Source of the DNA: an uncultured virus (IMG/VR IMGVR_UViG_3300032931_000857)
Taxonomy: Duplodnaviria > Heunggongvirae > Uroviricota > Caudoviricetes
Length of the DNA stretch: 64,000 nt
Virus record (IMG/VR): IMGVR_UViG_3300032931_000857
Strand: one strand, 5' to 3'
Each line of letters begins with the position of its first letter. Position 1 is the first letter of the stretch. Below are positions 62,101 to 64,000 of this stretch, in pieces. The notes beneath the pieces were generated by a model. That model had not been told where the DNA came from. It made no database searches and was given only the letters and a program-made list of their open reading frames with translations. Both the position numbers and the translations under genes were made by a program.

Positions 62101-63950
62101 CTTTTAGTTTTAAAATCATACATATGTTCAGATGTTAATTTTTTAGCAGCACTTTCTGAAATGATAGCTGAATCCTCAAAATTATAACCTTTATAAGGAA
62201 CATAAGCAACTTTTAAATTAGCTCCAATAGCTATATTACCATCTTTCGTAAAATTATTATCGGCAAGAACATCATCCTGTTTAACAGAATCACCTATTTT
62301 TACCTTAGATTCATTATGTAAAAAACTCTCTCCATTTAAAGAAAAATTATTATATAACTGAATAGTATATTTATTTTTATTTTTATCTTTAATAATAATT
62401 TTATTTTCATTAACATCCTCAACAATTCCATCAACAGGAGACTTGGGAAGTGCTATAATGCTTGCAATATTTTTTCCAAAATTTCTTCCATTTTCATCAA
62501 CAATATTAAATAATGGCTTATCTCTATATTTTAAAGGAAGAGCCTGTTCTTGCATTTTTGATGCAGTCAATCCCCTATTACCTTGAATAGAATTAAGAAA
62601 TGGAATCATATTAACAGACGAATCAAACATTCCAATAGGATTGGCTATTATTACATCGACATCAGAACTGTTAACACTTTTTATTTTTCCTTGATTTACA
62701 ACTTTTATTTTATTATTTTTAGGAACAGGAATCTTTTTAGTTACATCATATTCATCAGGAAATGCTACATTTTTATCCCAAACATCTTGAGGAGATAAAA
62801 GAACTTTCTCACCATTCTTTTTTAACATTTTCGAATATAAATTATTACCAACCTTTATTGTATCAACAGATGTATGAACGGCAACTCCAATAGCCTGCCC
62901 TTCAGGAGTATGAAGAGGATCTACAAATCCAACTTCACTATTAGAAATTTTTCTAATATCATTAGTTATAGCATTTGTTGATCCAATTCCACCTTCTCCC
63001 ATAACAGTAAACTTAGACGACCCTCCGATAATAGACATTATATTTGTTTGTTCAGGAGGTGTTGATAATTGACTAGTAGTAATTGTTCCAACAACAAAAG
63101 GATCAAAAGACTGAGCGCTAATTGATTTATTTATAAATTTATTTTTTTTTAACTTATACTTAATGTTATTAATTATTTTATTACTGTTTTTAACAAGACG
63201 TTCACGTATATGATCTTCTACATCAAAAAAAGATTTAAACACTAAAGATTCACGATCATCAGATTCTATCTCACCTTTATTAATATCAATAATCTTTTTA
63301 GACGCATCAAGAATAACATCTTTATTAACATTTGTATATGATTTTCCCAAAGTTATTTTTGTTGTTTCAGGATCAAGATTTGTCGCAAATAATCTTTCTT
63401 TTATTTGACTTCTTATTGTATCATTATTTATATTATTTGCAGGAGCAATTCCAAAAACCGCTTCATATAACTTATTCTGATCCCTCAATTCATGCTTATC
63501 ATAAGATTTAGAATTTGCATCGTAAACTTGCTGTCCCCATTTTTTAATTAATTCACTTGGACTTACTCCAATAACTTTTAAAGCATTAATAAGTGGAATA
63601 TTTTTATTTCCATATCCCATTGTAAATATTTTAGTTTCCGGTTCAAAATTCAATTTAAAATTATTATTAAATCCTCTATCAAAATCTATAGTTTTATCAA
63701 CATTAAAAAATGAACTTATTTCACCGTTAGATTGCCTCTTTGTATATACACCGGGCTTAAGTCTTGACTGTTTAGTAAAAACATATTCATTCCCATTAAT
63801 AAGATATGTTCCTCTATCGGTTATTTTTGGAATTGTAGTAATTTTAAGATTTTGAACTTTATCAATTGATTTGCCTGTTTTTTTATCTATAATTTCAAGA
63901 TCGGCTCTTAAATCATTTGCCCATATTTGATTTTTATTTCTTACTGTCAT
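56199..63950 (-). CDS. rpoBC: Fused beta-beta' multisubunit RNA polymerase with intein; frame stays open to the window edge, so the true start may lie upstream
   Basis: beta: TPEGQAIG, GYNFEDS, DKISGLHGNK, LKLEH, GRME; beta': GLFDP, GRSTI, NRAPTLH, DFDGD, FHTGG. Confidence 0.9.
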   Translation of the reverse strand: MTVRNKNQIWANDLRADLEIIDKKTGKSIDKVQNLKITTIPKITDRGTYLINGNEYVFTKQSRLKPGVYTKRQSNGEISSFFNVDKTIDFDRGFNNNFKLNFEPETKIFTMGYGNKNIPLINALKVIGVSPSELIKKWGQQVYDANSKSYDKHELRDQNKLYEAVFGIAPANNINNDTIRSQIKERLFATNLDPETTKITLGKSYTNVNKDVILDASKKIIDINKGEIESDDRESLVFKSFFDVEDHIRERLVKNSNKIINNIKYKLKKNKFINKSISAQSFDPFVVGTITTSQLSTPPEQTNIMSIIGGSSKFTVMGEGGIGSTNAITNDIRKISNSEVGFVDPLHTPEGQAIGVAVHTSVDTIKVGNNLYSKMLKKNGEKVLLSPQDVWDKNVAFPDEYDVTKKIPVPKNNKIKVVNQGKIKSVNSSDVDVIIANPIGMFDSSVNMIPFLNSIQGNRGLTASKMQEQALPLKYRDKPLFNIVDENGRNFGKNIASIIALPKSPVDGIVEDVNENKIIIKDKNKNKYTIQLYNNFSLNGESFLHNESKVKIGDSVKQDDVLADNNFTKDGNIAIGANLKVAYVPYKGYNFEDSAIISESAAKKLTSEHMYDFKTKRTSNGVFSRDKFKAYYPEVLPSNKSKKLDSDGVIKVGETVERDDVVIAHLERKSPTSDDIILGRLDKQLKRDMSNNALLWDKDIIGVVKKVTKSGNNVVVNIKTEEQLKVADKISGLHGNKHIISKIVPDDEMPYNLETGEKIDLTMSPLGVSNRINTSQLLEAAVGKLVSKTGKTYDINNFSGEDNSRKIISELKKEGLSDKDILIDPETKKPLLNPIATGTAHILKLEHIVDHKFSARYKDSYDANEQAATGGITGGKNLGRMEMAALLARGANENLREMFQIKGQKNDEYWRAMETGQSLPPPKRSFAWDKMLAMMSGAGINVEQKGKTFALKPMTDKDIIEISSGEITRPELSYRKKDLAPIKDGLFDPVKAGGLYGNNFTYFKLPEPTLNPITTSATANLLDMPITHLDNILIGKKFIDKSNGKIVEPGSPNSISGGPAVKLLLERINVKNELKNAEEDSKTITNPTELNKIHKKIRYLKSIKDNNMKPSDYIISNVLVTPSKFRPVFQIGTEGTVVVSDINDLYQQTAYTSSALKNLKTTLDESIDNEDIKNLQLAEARGALYNDLKAVVGMGDPTSYLHKVKNKKGFIPQIDGGATKQTKEGFFQDKVLERRQDLVGRSTIILNPELGGDELGIPKIMAGKIFQPFIMKKMVEWGYKPVEAQKLIKDNDPIYQRALQVVSDERLVIANRAPTLHRWNMTAFKPKLTDGKSIEVPGITVVENMGGDFDGDSIFCGLYISLKINDLCEQFDKIDFGSLFFKKDLDINCENMYINSSKQMYYLLKSLEVNMPCLNNLPVIIGDKSIIHINIENFPRIKDSCEIQNNGNELYKVPDGVSIFTIDSKTHKFLEVPVTQFSIHKNLTNYIVKLSDKNELILSSDQSAIALNMITFELERISPRDLLKKAIPKLRKLDIIPSLFKIPLIDYSKSDINLITGKNTIKCIDEIELTREVGHFIGIMIGNGWISNNVDICMATVHPEIKKIFNNTINKMMKEDIGIYSIDSPHSFMGYDCFSTKHTKTSISLAQNIKIWIGHLARNKHLPIFFMSTSEEFRLGLLSGLIDTDGTSTWNHSQGKKSQYILLYSTTSVRLAEEIVTLSRTLGISASITSSERDTCVEYTVVFSTQTIVDKKLNFINPDKKEAFEKFQATGGETSASMAARLDMVPFSDDMYIKFRLHIKSNKYSNLYSSMYDAVNSGCISRPTAIKIITILPKGIADDRWIEIVNNKNITWVYAKNIELNKELLTMYDITAPGSYTFMLNNGIICQDTFQLHVPISSKALQEAELMKPSASMLKTGYDTVLNKPSLDITAGSWLVSKGKGGKETNLSFNNIDDARESFKNNKFTYGDNVTINNIKAPFGMHEINSIVPDDMKKYNIELTSKNTEGWIRDVVKKYNGKQALALADKIKDVGNNYVTTYGLTLGVSDTIIDKKFKDKLVSDAWKNVSKDDSSSIVKSFNEAVSKGIKKLESDYDENTMVGIGLKSGAGKGISNFASIALMPGIVTDIDGAAVPVPITKSYSEGLNTSQYWAAAHGARSGNIQKSVQSFKPGWLTKDLTNSIYETRISSEDPVDTVGFEFNIDDKKSIINRYLAKDVKDTHGKILAKRNDLVDSDLVNKLNSHKVKNIFVQSPITDPTPGDGFSSYSYGADYDGKLHNIGDNIGIISSHTITEPSLKLAMKAFHTGGTVAAGKTGSAFDVLERVLRFTTNIPNKSTLASIDGIVKNIIKSPIGGWDVVLQNDKKEDVHYIDPNTELLVKKGDKVFMGDNISTGTTSVHDVLKYRGFKDAQKFLVKEINNINEGKLDSRDIETVVRGITNTTRILHPGSSTYAPYDVAPLTTVEYYNNNNNKEDDIENTEGDHLSQNYGIYKKNTKITNNIIEDLSNKGVKRINIFKDKIKHEPFLTPAGISAKAQTSEDWISRLAHNRIAKVLEEGTTQGFKSVIDPNVGNPITQLITGEYGKNK
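58287..59894 (-). mobile_element. Intein with LAGLIDADG homing endonuclease (536 aa)
   Basis: Interrupts DFDGD|TFQLHVP; starts Ser, contains GLLSGLIDTDG and MYDIT..FMLNNGIICQD. Confidence 0.8.
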
Positions 63951-64000
63951 CTGAGATTCAATATCTTTATTATCAAATTTTTCATTAACAAAAATTTTAT

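Noticed and set aside
57204..62798. Short + strand ORFs within the RNAP gene and other large genes
   Set aside because: Antisense shadows without RBS or motifs
1..64000. tRNA, rRNA or tmRNA genes
   Set aside because: No convincing T-loop/cloverleaf or rRNA-like stretch found by eye; tRNAscan/ARAGORN would be needed to exclude them
1..64000. Alternative genetic code (stop recoding)
   Set aside because: Long genes are intact under the standard code, and TAA, TAG and TGA all terminate genes at sensible positions

Overview
AT-rich fragment of a large tailed-phage (myovirus-like) genome. 1-19.6 kb (+): accessory region with a PilX-like gene, lytic transglycosylase, RNA ligase, a TnpB, an orphan TnpB omegaRNA-like remnant, and ~9.5 kb (7.8-17.3 kb) of small ORFs separated by attC-like palindromes, i.e. 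an integron-like cassette array with no integrase in view. 19.6-20.1 kb: promoter-to-terminator structured non-coding RNA candidate. 20.1-47.4 kb (-): morphogenesis module (tube, sheath, M15 endolysin, major capsid, prohead protease, terminase), with a glycosyl-/methyltransferase cluster plus second TnpB inserted among the head genes; many virion proteins share a K-x-A motif. 48.6-52.3 kb (+): translationally coupled operon of DHH phosphoesterase, retron-like reverse transcriptase (with a Cys-rich insert), RNase H and a small ORF, flanked on both sides by structured non-coding segments; this is the best candidate for an undescribed system. 52.3-64 kb (-): virion genes and a fused beta-beta' RNA polymerase whose catalytic DFDGD is directly followed by an atypical intein containing its own promoter and RBS. 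A bipartite motif GTTATT-N13-TGNWATAA recurs six times with exact spacing. All calls come from manual motif reading; no database searches were run.
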